This document shows positions 9,289 through 19,499 of a stretch of DNA of 33,605 nt, piece after piece (the stretch's first letter is position 1; each line of letters starts with the position of its first letter). Origin of the DNA: Planctomycetota bacterium (GTDB taxonomy: Bacteria > Planctomycetota > Planctomycetia > JALXBF01); assembly GCA_026991575.1 (NCBI GenBank), contig JALXBF010000184.1:1-33605 (forward strand), written 5' to 3'. The translations under genes and the position numbers were made by a program. The notes beneath the pieces are model-generated. The model did not search any database and was not told the DNA's origin. It saw only the letters and a program-made list of their open reading frames with translations.

Positions 9289-10116
9289 TTAGGGGGACGA
9301 AAACGGCGCGAATGTCCGGGCCATCGTGACCAGTGCCGTGACGATCAGAAACCAGCCAAAGAACCGCTGGAGCGATCGGGTGCTGAGCCGGTGTGACAGG
9401 CGGCTGCCCATCTGCGCGCCGCAGAACACGGCAACGGCCGCCCACACCAGGTGCATGCCCCATCGCAAGTGGCCCACCGAGATATGGCCCACCAGCCCAG
9501 ACATTGCCGTCATGCCGACCATCAACGCGCTTGATCCAACGGCAATCCGCATGGGCACGCGAAACAGTAGCACCATGGCCGGCAGCTTCAGGATGCCGCC
9601 ACCCAACCCCACCATGCTGGTCGCGAAACCGATCGCGAACATGATCGGCGTAGTGACCAGCAGATTCAGGCAGTAGGTTTCGTCGGCACGACGCCGCACC
9701 CAGTGCCACGGCCTGCCGACGGCATCTGGCGCCGGCGCCGGCCTGGCCGGCCGCAGCTCCAGCCGGCTCATCGTCAGCCCAGCCACGACCAGAAGCCCGC
9801 ACAAGACCAGGACCAGCGCGATACCCGGCAGTACCCGTGCCACAAACGCCGCCCCCAGAGCCCCCACCAACGTCGGCGCTTCCAGGACGGCGCACATCGC
9901 CCAGTCGGTGTGCTGGGCACGATGAAAGACCAGCGTCGCCGACAGCGACGTGACCACGATAAGCAGCAGGCTGGTCGCAGCAGCGACGTGCGGGTCAATG
10001 CCCAGCCAGAGCTGGACAGGCGTGTACAGCGAACCCCCGCCCTGTCCAAAAACCGATGCCACCGCAGCAGCAAAAAACAGGGCGACGGGCAGAAGCAACG
10101 TCACCATCGAGTCCAT
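9289..10116 (-). CDS. Sulfite exporter TauE/SafE family protein
   Basis: Two repeats GQGGGSLYTP and GLGGGILKLP, AAATSL / AVGSS, and C-terminal GSRLSHRLS..LQRFF; hydrophobic throughout. Start (10116 or 10107) inferred. Confidence 0.9.
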   Translation of the reverse strand: MDSMVTLLLPVALFFAAAVASVFGQGGGSLYTPVQLWLGIDPHVAAATSLLLIVVTSLSATLVFHRAQHTDWAMCAVLEAPTLVGALGAAFVARVLPGIALVLVLCGLLVVAGLTMSRLELRPARPAPAPDAVGRPWHWVRRRADETYCLNLLVTTPIMFAIGFATSMVGLGGGILKLPAMVLLFRVPMRIAVGSSALMVGMTAMSGLVGHISVGHLRWGMHLVWAAVAVFCGAQMGSRLSHRLSTRSLQRFFGWFLIVTALVTMARTFAPFSSP

Positions 10117-10964
10117 CTCGACCGTACCGAACACGCAGCGAAGAGGATCACTTAGTGTACGGATCCCGGCCAGAAAGGACACGAACCCGCTGACAAGCGC
10201 ACGGTTCGCCGACAAGTTACCCTCTGCAGAGCTACCCCCTGCCGTCTCCCGAAGAACCCTTCAGCGAACCGCCCGTGCCGGCGGTTCCCTATTCCCAGAC
10301 GCTGACCGGCAACGGTGTGCGCGCAGTACGGAAAACACCTGCTCTGCCGTATCGCGCTGGCGGCAATCGCTGCCGTGGAACCCAGGTTAGCTCCTCGATG
10401 ACCCGTGGCTCGTACACTCACAGACCGAAATCCAGATCCACACCCCACGGGCAATCTCTTCGCCCACGGTTGGGATGCATGGCGTGCTGTCCTCAGGAAC
10501 CTCGTCGCGGCACTTGAAGACAACGACCCGGAGCTCCTCACTACGACAGCGACACGTAGTGCCTGTGCCCGAACCGTCCTGCACCACCGGGCGCGACAAC
10601 CGCTGTTCGACGCTGGCCTTGGCCATGACGCCTCCTCCGCTCCCGCACGGAGCGCTGACTGGCAAAAAAGCTGTCCCCAGTCTAGCACGTTTCCACGCCG
10701 GTTTCCAGGCGGTGTACGCGTGATTGTGAGGCGATTGCGATGTCCGCAAGCTGTTGACTGATCGGGTCTGTGCGTCGATTCCGAGGAGGCTTTCCCCGCA
10801 GAAGCGCTGTCTCAGTGGCGTTCTGAGCCCATGTCTGCGGGGCCGGAACAAGAAGTTCGAATTCTCGACCAAGGAGGGCTTGCAGCGGAGATAGATTGCG
10901 GTGCAGACGATCTTGGAGGGGCCTCCCTCGCCTTGAGAAAGCCGCTGACATCCGGAGAGGCGCA

Positions 10965-11330
10965 ATGGCCTGGAGCATGACGCGTCGGCTGTTTGCCCGG
11001 GCGACGTTGGAGGATAGTCCCACGATCCCAAGGATCCGCAAGCTTCTGGAAGGCAACTCCGACGAGCGGTTGCTGGCATCGTTAGCGAAAGGTCGTGGTT
11101 GTGGCCGAAATGATGTGCCCGTGCGGGTGACGTAGCGGATCCTGGTTCTGACTGCGGCATTGCGACACCAAAGCATTGAACGGTGCCTGCGGGAGTTGCG
11201 GCGGAACGAGTCACTGGGGAAAGTGGTGGGTATTGAGTCGGAAGAGGCAGTGCCACGGAAGTGGAACCTGTCGCGGCTATTAGAGCGGCTGGGCCAGGAG
11301 CCGTACCTGGATGAGTTGGTGCTGGTGTAG
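10965..11330 (+). pseudogene. Truncated transposase N-terminal fragment (InsH_N/DUF772-like, IS5/IS1182-type)
   Basis: After RBS GGAGAGG the frame reads MAWSMTRRLFARATLEDSPT..LLASLAKGRGCGRNDVPVRVT*RILVLTAALRHQSIERCLRELRRNESLGKVVGIESEEAVPRKWNLSRLLERLGQEP. It has the GR.D.P and VP..W..SR pattern of these domains, an internal TAG at 11133-11135, a stop at 11328-11330 and no DDE domain. Confidence 0.75.
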
Positions 11331-11354
11331 GGGGTGGCGACTCGGTCCGGCCCC

Positions 11355-12173
11355 GTGCCCGATGGCTTGTGGGCAGGCGGCGATCGAGGTTGCACTGGCC
11401 TGTTGCGGCGTCGCCGGGGGAGCAGAGAGGCCGTAGCGTGTGGCGGGCCGACGGGGAGCACGGGGGCCATGCTCGGCGCAAGAGATCGCGAGTGGTCTCC
11501 CCTCGCTGGGGAAGCAGGGGCTCACGGGCTGTGTTTGCCAAGCGGATGGGGTGGCAGATTCACCCTGCGGGAGCGCGCGGCGGTCGCGTTCCGAGGGACC
11601 GTCGTAGGGTGGGCGCCGTGGCCCTGTGCACTCGCCCGCACGCCGGGGGGGCGAATCCATCTGCGAGATGGAGCACGGGACAACTCCCACCCGAAACCCT
11701 GCCGAGGGGGATTGCCGCATGAACCTGTCAGCTTGCTTCGACGGGCGGGAGGGGGGCTTTGTGCCCCCCTCCCGCTCTGTTGATGGGTAGCGCGGGCCGT
11801 ACGAGCTTTGTTTTTTTCCGCCCCATGAAAGATCCCCCGACGCCGCGGACGCTGTGCGCGGCGTCGGCGAGGTGGCTGTGCGCTGCCGCCGGGCCGACAG
11901 CGAAATGTCTTTGCGCACACCGCCCGCCCGAGGAAAGTCGACCAGCCGGGCCGCGGGCGGGTCGATCCCGCCCGCGGGTCGGGTGGTGGGATCTGCCGAG
12001 GGCGGTGGTGAGGTCCCACGCTGGTGTGGGTCGTTGAGCCTGGAGGCAGCCCACACGGAAGGTCAGCCGGTCCTTATCTAGTAAGACCGCCGACCGCAGA
12101 GCCGGATGCAGGAAGTCCGCGTGGCCGGTTCGGAAGGAGCCGACCTCGGGTAACCGGGGCTTGCTACCCCTGT
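11355..12173 (+). ncRNA. ORF-less group II intron-like structured RNA, possibly degenerate; 5' boundary approximate
   Basis: Domain V-like GAGCCGGATGCAGGAAGTCCGCGTGGCCGGTTC (12099-12131, AGC triad) followed by a domain VI-like hairpin ending GCTACCCCTGT (candidate branch A 12166). Several perfect GC hairpins lie upstream; no RT ORF or YADD motif. Confidence 0.7.
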
Positions 12174-12480
12174 GTGTCTGAAGTGGCTTGCTCGATCAGT
12201 TCGTTTCCCGCTTCGCCTGTCACCAGCGTCATGTGGGGTATACCCGGAGGGCACACGCGAGTCGATGAGGCGACCGGACGCCGGAGCCCCACCCCCTGCA
12301 CCCCTGGGTCGTACACGTGCTGGAACCCCCCTGCACGTAGTCACTGCGAGCACGGCTGTCGGCCTGAGGAGTTCCTGTTCCAGCGATACGCTGGGCGCCA
12401 GAACGCCGGTCAAGCAGTCGGGGACGACGATAGGCCAATCGCGCAGACAGAGAGCGGCGGGTATGACAGTGAGCACGGGG

Positions 12481-13824
12481 TCACGCCCCGAAGTACTCGC
12501 GCACCTGCTCAATCAGCGCGTGTGCCTGTTGCTCGTTGCGTGACTCGGCGATGACCCGCACAATCGGTTCCGTGTTGCTGCCCCGCACATGAAGCCACCA
12601 GTCGGCTGTTTCCAGCCGAAGGCCGTCGGAGCGGTTCACGGCTGCGTCCGGAAAGCGATCGGGCAGTTCATTGAGCACGCGGTCTAGGGCGCCGCGTTCA
12701 AGCGGAAATGCAGACTTGACCATCGACCACTGAGGCAGAGCACCGGCGAGTTCGGAAAGTTTCTTGCCGGAGGCTGCCAGAGCGTCCAGTACGAGCGCCA
12801 TGCCCGTGAAGCTGTCCCGAATCCATACCACGTCACCGTGGATGACGCCACCGTTACCTTCTCCCGCCAGCCTTGCACCAACCTGGAGCGCCATTTCAAC
12901 GACGTTAGCTTCACCCACGGGGGAGCGGTACACGGTGGCCCCGTGCCGTCGGGCTGCTTCCTCGACGACGCGGGATGTGGACAGGTTGATCACGAACGGT
13001 CCAGGGCTGCGGCTGAAGACGTGCTCGGCCACGATCGCCAACGTGTACTCTTCGCGGAGCACCGAGCCGCGCTCGTCGATGAGCACGAGCCGGTCCGCGT
13101 CGGGATCCTGGGCGAAGCCGACATCGATGTTCGCTTCCCGCGCCAGCGCCGCGGTTTCGGTAAGGTGTTCGGGAAGCGGCTCGGGAGGGTGACGGAAAGC
13201 GCCCGTAGGTTCTACACCTACCGGCACGACGTCGCATCCCAGCGCTTCCAAGAGACGTTGCCCGAGCGGGCCGCCGGCCCCGTGGTTGGCATCAAGCAGC
13301 ACGCGAAATCGCCGCCTTCGTATGGCGTCGATGTCCACCAACCGCAGCACCCGGTCGAGGTGCTGCTGGTATGGATCGTCGATCGTCGTTGCGCGGTGCA
13401 CGTGTTGCCAGCTGACCGGGGTGAGGCGGCCGTCGCGGAACAGACTGGCGATCTTCTCGCCTTCAATTGCCGGCAGCGCGCGGCCGGACGGGTGGAACAG
13501 CTTGATCCCGTTCCACGCGGGCGGGTTGTGGCTGGCGGTGACCAGCAGGCCGCCGGCGGCTCCCTGTGCCTGAATGAGCACGCCGCAGGTCGGTGTCGGG
13601 ATGCAGCCGGCCAACAGCGGTTTGCAGCCAGCCTCCAGCAGACCACTGATCGCCGCATGATACAGCATCTCGCCGTGCGATCGGCTGTCTCGGCCGACAA
13701 CGATCGGTTGGCCATGGCGTGTGCTGCCGTATGCAAGCGCATACCGGTGCGCGACGGCGGCGGTGAGGCTCTCGCCGACCACGCCGCGCAGGCCAGAGAC
13801 ACTGATGATCAGACTGTGCGACAT
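12481..13824 (-). CDS. glmM: Phosphoglucosamine mutase / phosphomannomutase
   Basis: SVSGLRG start, phosphoserine loop TASHNP, metal loop DPDADR, GEGNGG and VRGSNTEP. Exact substrate is inferred. Confidence 0.8.
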   Translation of the reverse strand: MSHSLIISVSGLRGVVGESLTAAVAHRYALAYGSTRHGQPIVVGRDSRSHGEMLYHAAISGLLEAGCKPLLAGCIPTPTCGVLIQAQGAAGGLLVTASHNPPAWNGIKLFHPSGRALPAIEGEKIASLFRDGRLTPVSWQHVHRATTIDDPYQQHLDRVLRLVDIDAIRRRRFRVLLDANHGAGGPLGQRLLEALGCDVVPVGVEPTGAFRHPPEPLPEHLTETAALAREANIDVGFAQDPDADRLVLIDERGSVLREEYTLAIVAEHVFSRSPGPFVINLSTSRVVEEAARRHGATVYRSPVGEANVVEMALQVGARLAGEGNGGVIHGDVVWIRDSFTGMALVLDALAASGKKLSELAGALPQWSMVKSAFPLERGALDRVLNELPDRFPDAAVNRSDGLRLETADWWLHVRGSNTEPIVRVIAESRNEQQAHALIEQVREYFGA

Positions 13825-14006
13825 TCCGTTGGGCTCCCGCTGCGAATGATCACGTCAGGCATCCCCGAGCCCTACTGCACCTATGGTACCAGCGGTCAGC
13901 GGTTGCCCAGGTCAACGTCAGGTGCCCGGGGGGCCGGGGATATGATTCGGAAAGACCGGGAGCAGGCCGTTGTTTCCGCGTACTTCGATTCAGCAGGGGG
14001 ACGCCG

Positions 14007-15833
14007 ATGCAAGGTGAACAGGCGATTGATGCGGCACGTCAAGCTCTTGACGAAGCCGTTGCACGTGGAGAGTTAAGCACGGCGGCGCGCGAGCGGATCG
14101 AGCAGTGGCTGACCGATCCGGAGTACGTCCGGTACCGCGACGCTGTGCTTGAGCACATCGAACGAAAACAGTTCCGCCTGCTCGATGACCTGTTCTGGAC
14201 CGTGATGCCGTTCGGCACCGGCGGTCGGCGAGGTCGCATGTATCCAATCGGCACGAATGCGATGAACGACCGGACCGTGGGCGAGTCGGCTCAAGGACTC
14301 GCCGACTACTTGCGAGAAACCTACGGACGTGGTGCAACGCTCACCGCTGTCATCGCGCATGACACACGGCACAACTCACGTCAGTTTGCCGAGTACACTG
14401 CCGCCGTACTGGCGGCCAACGGCATCCGTGCCTTTCTCTTTCCTGAGCACCGTGCGACTCCTGAGCTATCCTTCGCCGTGCGCTACCTCGGGGCGAGCAC
14501 CGGAGTGGTGATCTCGGCATCGCACAATCCACCCTCTGACAACGGGTTCAAGTGCTACTGGAGGGGGGGCTCGCAGGTGGTGCCGCCGCATGACCGAGGG
14601 ATCCTAGAAAAGGTCGGTGCCGTCCGCGCGGTGCGCGACATGCCCCTGGAGGACGCCGCGGCGCGTGGACTGGTGGAGGTGTTGACCGAGCAAGTCGACC
14701 GCGCGTACGTGGATGCTGTGGTCGCCCAGGCGGTCTCCGACGCTCGCGACGTGCGGATTGCCTACAGCCCACTGCACGGTGTCGGCCTCACAAACGTGCT
14801 GCCCGTGCTGAAGAAAGCCGGCTTCTCGGATGTCCATTTGGTCGAGCGTCAATGCACGCCAGACGGGAACTTTCCTGCGGTTGCAAACAACATCCCGAAT
14901 CCCGAAGTGGACGCGGCGATGGCCGACGTGATAGCCCTGGCTCAGGAGGTCGATGCCGACATTGCGTTGGCCAGCGACCCGGATGCCGACCGGATCGGCG
15001 TCGCCGTGCGGGCGGAGAATGGCCAGTGGTGTCGACTGAGCGGTAACCAGGTTGCCGCGCTGCTGACGTGGCATGTGCTTGATTCGCTCGCGCACTCGGG
15101 CCGGGTGCACGACGGCTACGTTGTCAAGACCTACGTGACGACCGACATGATGGCCGCTATCGCGGACAGCTACCGCGTGCGGGTCGTGGGTGACCTGCCG
15201 GTAGGCTTCAAGTGGATTGCTCAGACGATCGACCGCGAGCCAGGCGAGTTTCTGTTTGCGGCCGAAGAGTCGCTGGGTTACTTGCGGGGCACGTATGCGC
15301 GGGACAAAGATGGGGCTGTAGGAGCGCTGCTGGTGGCCGAAGCGGCCGCCTGTGCCAAGCGGCGCGGGCTAAATCTGACCCAGGTGCTGGACGAACTGTA
15401 CATGCGTTACGGCTACTTCCACGAGGCGGCCGATAGCCGAACGCTGCCGGGGCGAGAGGGTGTCGCGAGAATGCAGGAGCTGATGGCTCGTTTCCGGTCC
15501 GACCCGCCCGAACGCCTCGGACCGTTCAGCGTACGGCGTTTGTGGGACTTCCGCGCGCACGAGGTGCGCGACCTGCAGAGCGGCGTGCGGCAGTCGGTGG
15601 AACGGCCGGATGCGGACATGGTTGCCCTGGAGCTGGACCGCCCCGGCTGGCGTGTTGTCGTCCGGCCGTCCGGCACCGAACCAAAGGTCAAGTTCTACTT
15701 CTTCGGCAACGTGTCGGCTGAGGAGGTGGCTGCCGCAGGCGGGCCCGCTCGGGCACGTCAGCGGTGTCGGGCTGAGATGGCCGAGCTGCAGACTGCCCTC
15801 GGGCGCTTCATCGACAGCGTCGTCGGCAGCTAA
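14007..15833 (+). CDS. Phospho-sugar mutase (phosphoglucomutase/phosphomannomutase, long PgcA-like type)
   Basis: Motifs FGTGGRRG, SASHNP, YSPLHGVG, DPDADR, GFKWI, EESLGY and RPSGTEPKVKFY. Confidence 0.93.
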   Translation: MQGEQAIDAARQALDEAVARGELSTAARERIEQWLTDPEYVRYRDAVLEHIERKQFRLLDDLFWTVMPFGTGGRRGRMYPIGTNAMNDRTVGESAQGLADYLRETYGRGATLTAVIAHDTRHNSRQFAEYTAAVLAANGIRAFLFPEHRATPELSFAVRYLGASTGVVISASHNPPSDNGFKCYWRGGSQVVPPHDRGILEKVGAVRAVRDMPLEDAAARGLVEVLTEQVDRAYVDAVVAQAVSDARDVRIAYSPLHGVGLTNVLPVLKKAGFSDVHLVERQCTPDGNFPAVANNIPNPEVDAAMADVIALAQEVDADIALASDPDADRIGVAVRAENGQWCRLSGNQVAALLTWHVLDSLAHSGRVHDGYVVKTYVTTDMMAAIADSYRVRVVGDLPVGFKWIAQTIDREPGEFLFAAEESLGYLRGTYARDKDGAVGALLVAEAAACAKRRGLNLTQVLDELYMRYGYFHEAADSRTLPGREGVARMQELMARFRSDPPERLGPFSVRRLWDFRAHEVRDLQSGVRQSVERPDADMVALELDRPGWRVVVRPSGTEPKVKFYFFGNVSAEEVAAAGGPARARQRCRAEMAELQTALGRFIDSVVGS

Positions 15834-15929
15834 CAGTCACGGTGCGGATTAGAACCGTTGCCCGGCTCGGTCCCGGAGGATACCTCCTGGCTGGCCGACA
15901 CAGCGAGTCCTCGTTGAGGGAAGACCGGC

Positions 15930-17111
15930 ATGCAGCCTTACGAGCACGGACCGTTCGAGGAACGCGAGCCGATGCGGCGTGAGCCGCCGGAGCTCAGGCG
16001 TCAGCGATGGGCCATGCTGATCCTTGCGCTGCTGGCTCTGGTGCTGGCCTGGCGCGTCATCGCCCCGTTCTTCTGGCCAGGCTCGTTGCATAACCCGGCG
16101 GCAGCGCCACGCGCGGTGACACCCCGAGGCGATCTGGCTGAAGATGAGAAGACGGCGATCGAGATCTTCCAGCGCGCAGCACCGTCGGTCGTGCATATCA
16201 CCACCGGCGTGCCCACCGCGGGCCCGTTTGAAGGGGTGCTGCAGGGCACGGGCTCTGGAGTCGTCTGGGACAAGGACGGCTACGTCGTGACCAACTACCA
16301 CGTGATCAAGGAGGTGGCCGAGAGCGGTACCGGGCGCACACGCGTGCGGTTCATCGACGGTACCGAATACCCGGCGGCAATCGTCGGCTATGACCCGGAG
16401 GTCGACTTGGCTGTGTTGAAAGTGGGGGTCCCGCCGGAGAAACTTGTTCCCATTCCGATCGGTACCAGCCACGACCTGCAGGTCGGACAGAAAGCGTATG
16501 CCATTGGCAACCCGTTCGGACTGGATCACACGCTGACCGTGGGCGTGGTCAGCGCGCTGGGACGAGCAGTGCGGTCGCCGTCGGGCACATACATGCAGAA
16601 CCTGATCCAGACCGACGCCGCAATCAATCCGGGTAATTCGGGGGGGCCCTTGCTGGATAGCGCCGGCCGCATGATCGGCATCAACACGGCAATTATCAGC
16701 CCTTCAGGTGCTTATGCCGGTATCGGGTTTGCCATTCCCGTGGACACGGTCAACCGGGTGGTGCCCGAGCTGATCCGGCACGGGCGTCGCGTCCGCGCCG
16801 GATTGGGGGTCATCGTGATGCCCGAGCGGATAGCGGCCCGTTTCGGCGTCGAACGTGGTGTGATGATCCGCGAAGTTGTGCCCGGCAGCGCAGCCGATCG
16901 CGCAGGGCTGCGCGGGCTGGCCATCGGTCCTCATGGCGAGAGCCTGTTGGGCGACATCATCATCGCGGTTGATGACATCGAGGTGAATAGCTTTGACGAT
17001 CTCCGTGCAGCCCTCAGCCAGTACAACGTCGGCGACACCGTGACGCTGACCATCATTCGCGAGGGCCGGGAGATGAAGGTCGAGGTGACGCTTCAGCCAC
17101 TGGTTCCCTAG
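15930..17111 (+). CDS. HtrA/DegS-like trypsin serine protease with one PDZ domain and an N-terminal membrane anchor
   Basis: Catalytic motifs VTNYHVI, DLAVLKV and QTDAAINPGNSGGPL; C-terminal PDZ (PGSAADRAGLR..GDIIIAVD). Confidence 0.95.
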   Translation: MQPYEHGPFEEREPMRREPPELRRQRWAMLILALLALVLAWRVIAPFFWPGSLHNPAAAPRAVTPRGDLAEDEKTAIEIFQRAAPSVVHITTGVPTAGPFEGVLQGTGSGVVWDKDGYVVTNYHVIKEVAESGTGRTRVRFIDGTEYPAAIVGYDPEVDLAVLKVGVPPEKLVPIPIGTSHDLQVGQKAYAIGNPFGLDHTLTVGVVSALGRAVRSPSGTYMQNLIQTDAAINPGNSGGPLLDSAGRMIGINTAIISPSGAYAGIGFAIPVDTVNRVVPELIRHGRRVRAGLGVIVMPERIAARFGVERGVMIREVVPGSAADRAGLRGLAIGPHGESLLGDIIIAVDDIEVNSFDDLRAALSQYNVGDTVTLTIIREGREMKVEVTLQPLVP

Positions 17112-17808
17112 CGACCGCCTGCTGAAGCCACAACCGATACCGCTCCGGATCACGCTCGGCCAATTGCACCGGGATCGAAAGCGACAGCATCGCCTCATGG
17201 AGCCGGCGTCTCGCAAGCGGTTGCGCGAACGGCCGAATCGCCAACAAGAGGCGGTGCTGCGCAGGTTGCTCCAACCGAAATGCAGCCGACGCCTGGTGCG
17301 TCACATAGCTGCGGCCACGGTAGACCGCATCCGTGTACCGCCACACGACAACGACGCGGAAGGGAAAGGCGGTCGTTCTCAGCGGACTGAGGAACCGTCC
17401 TTCGCCATAAGCGACCGCCAGTGTCCGGCCCCTGTACACGTACCGCCACCTGCCGCGGTTGCCTAAGGTGTCTGAGGCGTGGAACCAGCCGTCCGGGCCG
17501 GCCGTGACCCGAGTGTTGCTGTAGCCGACGACGTGCCACAGCCGCGCCACCAGGTCGGGACGGAACAGGAGGAACTCGTACGTGTCGAGCGACCCGCGAA
17601 ACGTATCGCTGAGTGGCGGCACGACCAGGCTTGGCTGGCTCAGCACGGCAGCGACCCGGTCGCGATAGCCTTCCTGAACCTCCTCAATCCACTGGGATCC
17701 CGTCCCAGAGGACGACCGGGTTGCGGCCTGGGGGGGAAGCTGGCCAAGCAGCGTGGGGGTGATGCCGGCAGCCAGCACCATGGCTGCGGCGGCGGAGACA
17801 CGGATCAT
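17053..17808 (-). CDS. Hypothetical exported protein
   Basis: Signal-peptide-like start MIRVSAAAAMVLAAG after GGAG; globular-looking body; 3' end overlaps the protease 3' end by 59 nt. Confidence 0.65.
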   Translation of the reverse strand: MIRVSAAAAMVLAAGITPTLLGQLPPQAATRSSSGTGSQWIEEVQEGYRDRVAAVLSQPSLVVPPLSDTFRGSLDTYEFLLFRPDLVARLWHVVGYSNTRVTAGPDGWFHASDTLGNRGRWRYVYRGRTLAVAYGEGRFLSPLRTTAFPFRVVVVWRYTDAVYRGRSYVTHQASAAFRLEQPAQHRLLLAIRPFAQPLARRRLHEAMLSLSIPVQLAERDPERYRLWLQQAVAREPVAEASPRPSSPGPRE

Positions 17809-18110
17809 CGGACCGCTCCGTGCAGGTTCTGGCCGAAAGGCTGGCATCGGTTGCATCGGCTGGACAGGCTCGGGGGCGCAAGCTACGTCGGTGCATCCAG
17901 TGGCCTCACAGCTGATCTAACCGCTACGGTTGGTCTTGCCCGCACGAGGCGAAAGCTCGATAATCGCGGCCGCTTGGTGGACGGTCTGCCGCAGGCCCGC
18001 GGGGGCATCCCGTTACGCTTGTCGGTCCGCGCCTGGCGCGGTGGTGACACGAGCCAGGAGGGGCGGGTGGTGCATCTGTCAGAGCTGGCCCTACTTTGAG
18101 GAAGGAATCC

Positions 18111-19325
18111 ATGGCAGGAAGAAGGATGGGCAGGAAGCTGGCTTTCGCCGTAGGCTTGGCCATCTGTGCGGTGCTCGCCGGCACCGCGGCCTACTGGGTC
18201 GTCGGCCGACACGCGGACGTACCATTGCCGGAGAGCAGCACACGCACGATTGAGCAGTTGGAGGCACCCGACCCGTTCAGCTTCTTACCTGAGCAGGTTG
18301 CCAACGATATTCAGGCCGATCTGGGCAGACTGCTCAATCCGAACGAGGCTGCCAAGGCGATCGTGAGCCTGCGGCAGCGGATCGTCGAGCTCAACCGGAT
18401 GAAGACGCCGTACACGCACGCTGTTGTGGTCGTCACGATCGATGGCATTGCACGGCGGTTTGCCCAGCTTGACAAGCGAACCCGTCTGGCTTGCTTCTAC
18501 CTGCTCAGCGAGGCGTTCTCATGGTTTGAAGTGAACGAGGCGCCCACGTGGCCGCGGCTGCTGGCGCCGGCGGAGGAGATCGTGCGCGAACAGCTTGCGA
18601 CGACGGCAAACGAGAACCGGGTGCAGGCGCTGAACTTTGTGCGGGTGTACTGGGAGTGGTTGCCGGCCGCAGAGGCACTTAGCCCGTCCCAGCGCCAGCT
18701 CATCGCCGAGTGGAAGGCTTCCTTACACGAGGCAGCCACGGAACTGCTGCACGCGCCGGAGGCAGAGGTCCGTGAGGCGGCCGTGCGCGCCGTGGCAGCG
18801 GCCCCGATAGACGAGGCCGCCCGGGACGCGCTCGAAGGGCTCGAAGACCCCGAACCGAGCGTCCGCCGCGCGACGCTGCTGGCCTTGGCCGAAAGGCCGC
18901 AGGTACTGCCAAGCGAGCGAGTGTTGCCACTGCTGAATGATGCCGATTACGACGTGCGCACGACGGCACGCCTGGTGCTGACCTGTCGGGGGGTCAGTCA
19001 GGAGGCCATTTCGCTGGCGGCGATGGCGTTCCATCCGATGGCGCTGACACGCATTCAGGCCGTTCGGCATATTGCGATGAGCGACGCGGTGGACCGGGTC
19101 GTATGGCTCGGCTACCTGCTGAGAGACGACGATCCGGAAGTGCGGGCCGAGGCGGCTCGGGCACTGGCTTTCGTCGGCACGCCGGCAGCACTGGCGAAGC
19201 TGCGCGAGGTGGCAGAAACAGGCAAGGATCAACAGCTCAAGGCGCTGGCTCAGGACCTGCTGGCGCAGGTCACCGGTAAACCGGAAGGTGCCGTCCGCCA
19301 AGCGAGCCACGAAGCGGCGCGTTAG
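18111..19325 (+). CDS. HEAT-repeat protein with N-terminal transmembrane helix
   Basis: Repeats LLHAPEAEVREAAVRAV, LEDPEPSVRRATLLAL, LLNDADYDVRTTA and LLRDDDPEVRAEAARAL; RBS AAGGA before ATG 18111. Confidence 0.88.
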   Translation: MAGRRMGRKLAFAVGLAICAVLAGTAAYWVVGRHADVPLPESSTRTIEQLEAPDPFSFLPEQVANDIQADLGRLLNPNEAAKAIVSLRQRIVELNRMKTPYTHAVVVVTIDGIARRFAQLDKRTRLACFYLLSEAFSWFEVNEAPTWPRLLAPAEEIVREQLATTANENRVQALNFVRVYWEWLPAAEALSPSQRQLIAEWKASLHEAATELLHAPEAEVREAAVRAVAAAPIDEAARDALEGLEDPEPSVRRATLLALAERPQVLPSERVLPLLNDADYDVRTTARLVLTCRGVSQEAISLAAMAFHPMALTRIQAVRHIAMSDAVDRVVWLGYLLRDDDPEVRAEAARALAFVGTPAALAKLREVAETGKDQQLKALAQDLLAQVTGKPEGAVRQASHEAAR

Positions 19326-19499
19326 GACGGCGCCTGCCGCGCAGCACGCAGGCTGCTCCCCGCCCGTGCCGTTCCCGGCGTACACCGCTTGAAGTCCGCG
19401 CGCGGATTTGGCATAACTAGATCAGCTCACGGGCTTGCCGGGTCGTTGAGCCTGGGGCGACGACCGGCCGGGGTCTCGGTCCTTGAAAGGGGTGCAGCC

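Noticed and set aside
10230..10300. Minus-strand AATAGGGAA plus hairpin upstream of the TauE gene, reminiscent of a cobalamin riboswitch
   Set aside because: The downstream GCCACTG core and B12-box are absent; only a simple 8-bp hairpin (10266-10287) is supported.
11400..11680. Recurring GGAGCA-like words as a repeat array or CRISPR
   Set aside because: Too short and irregularly spaced; no repeat-spacer periodicity and no cas genes in the window.
10670..12480. Terminal inverted repeats or target duplication for the IS remnant
   Set aside because: I could not find a convincing matching pair by eye.
10387..12554. Long ORFs in the accessory patch (e.g. 10387..11541, 10682..11470, 11280..12056, 10405..10761) as an intron RT/maturase or other proteins
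   Set aside because: Pro/Arg/Ser-rich chance ORFs with no RT motifs (no PQG, no YADD). 10405..10761 has a short protein-like stretch but nothing I can assign.
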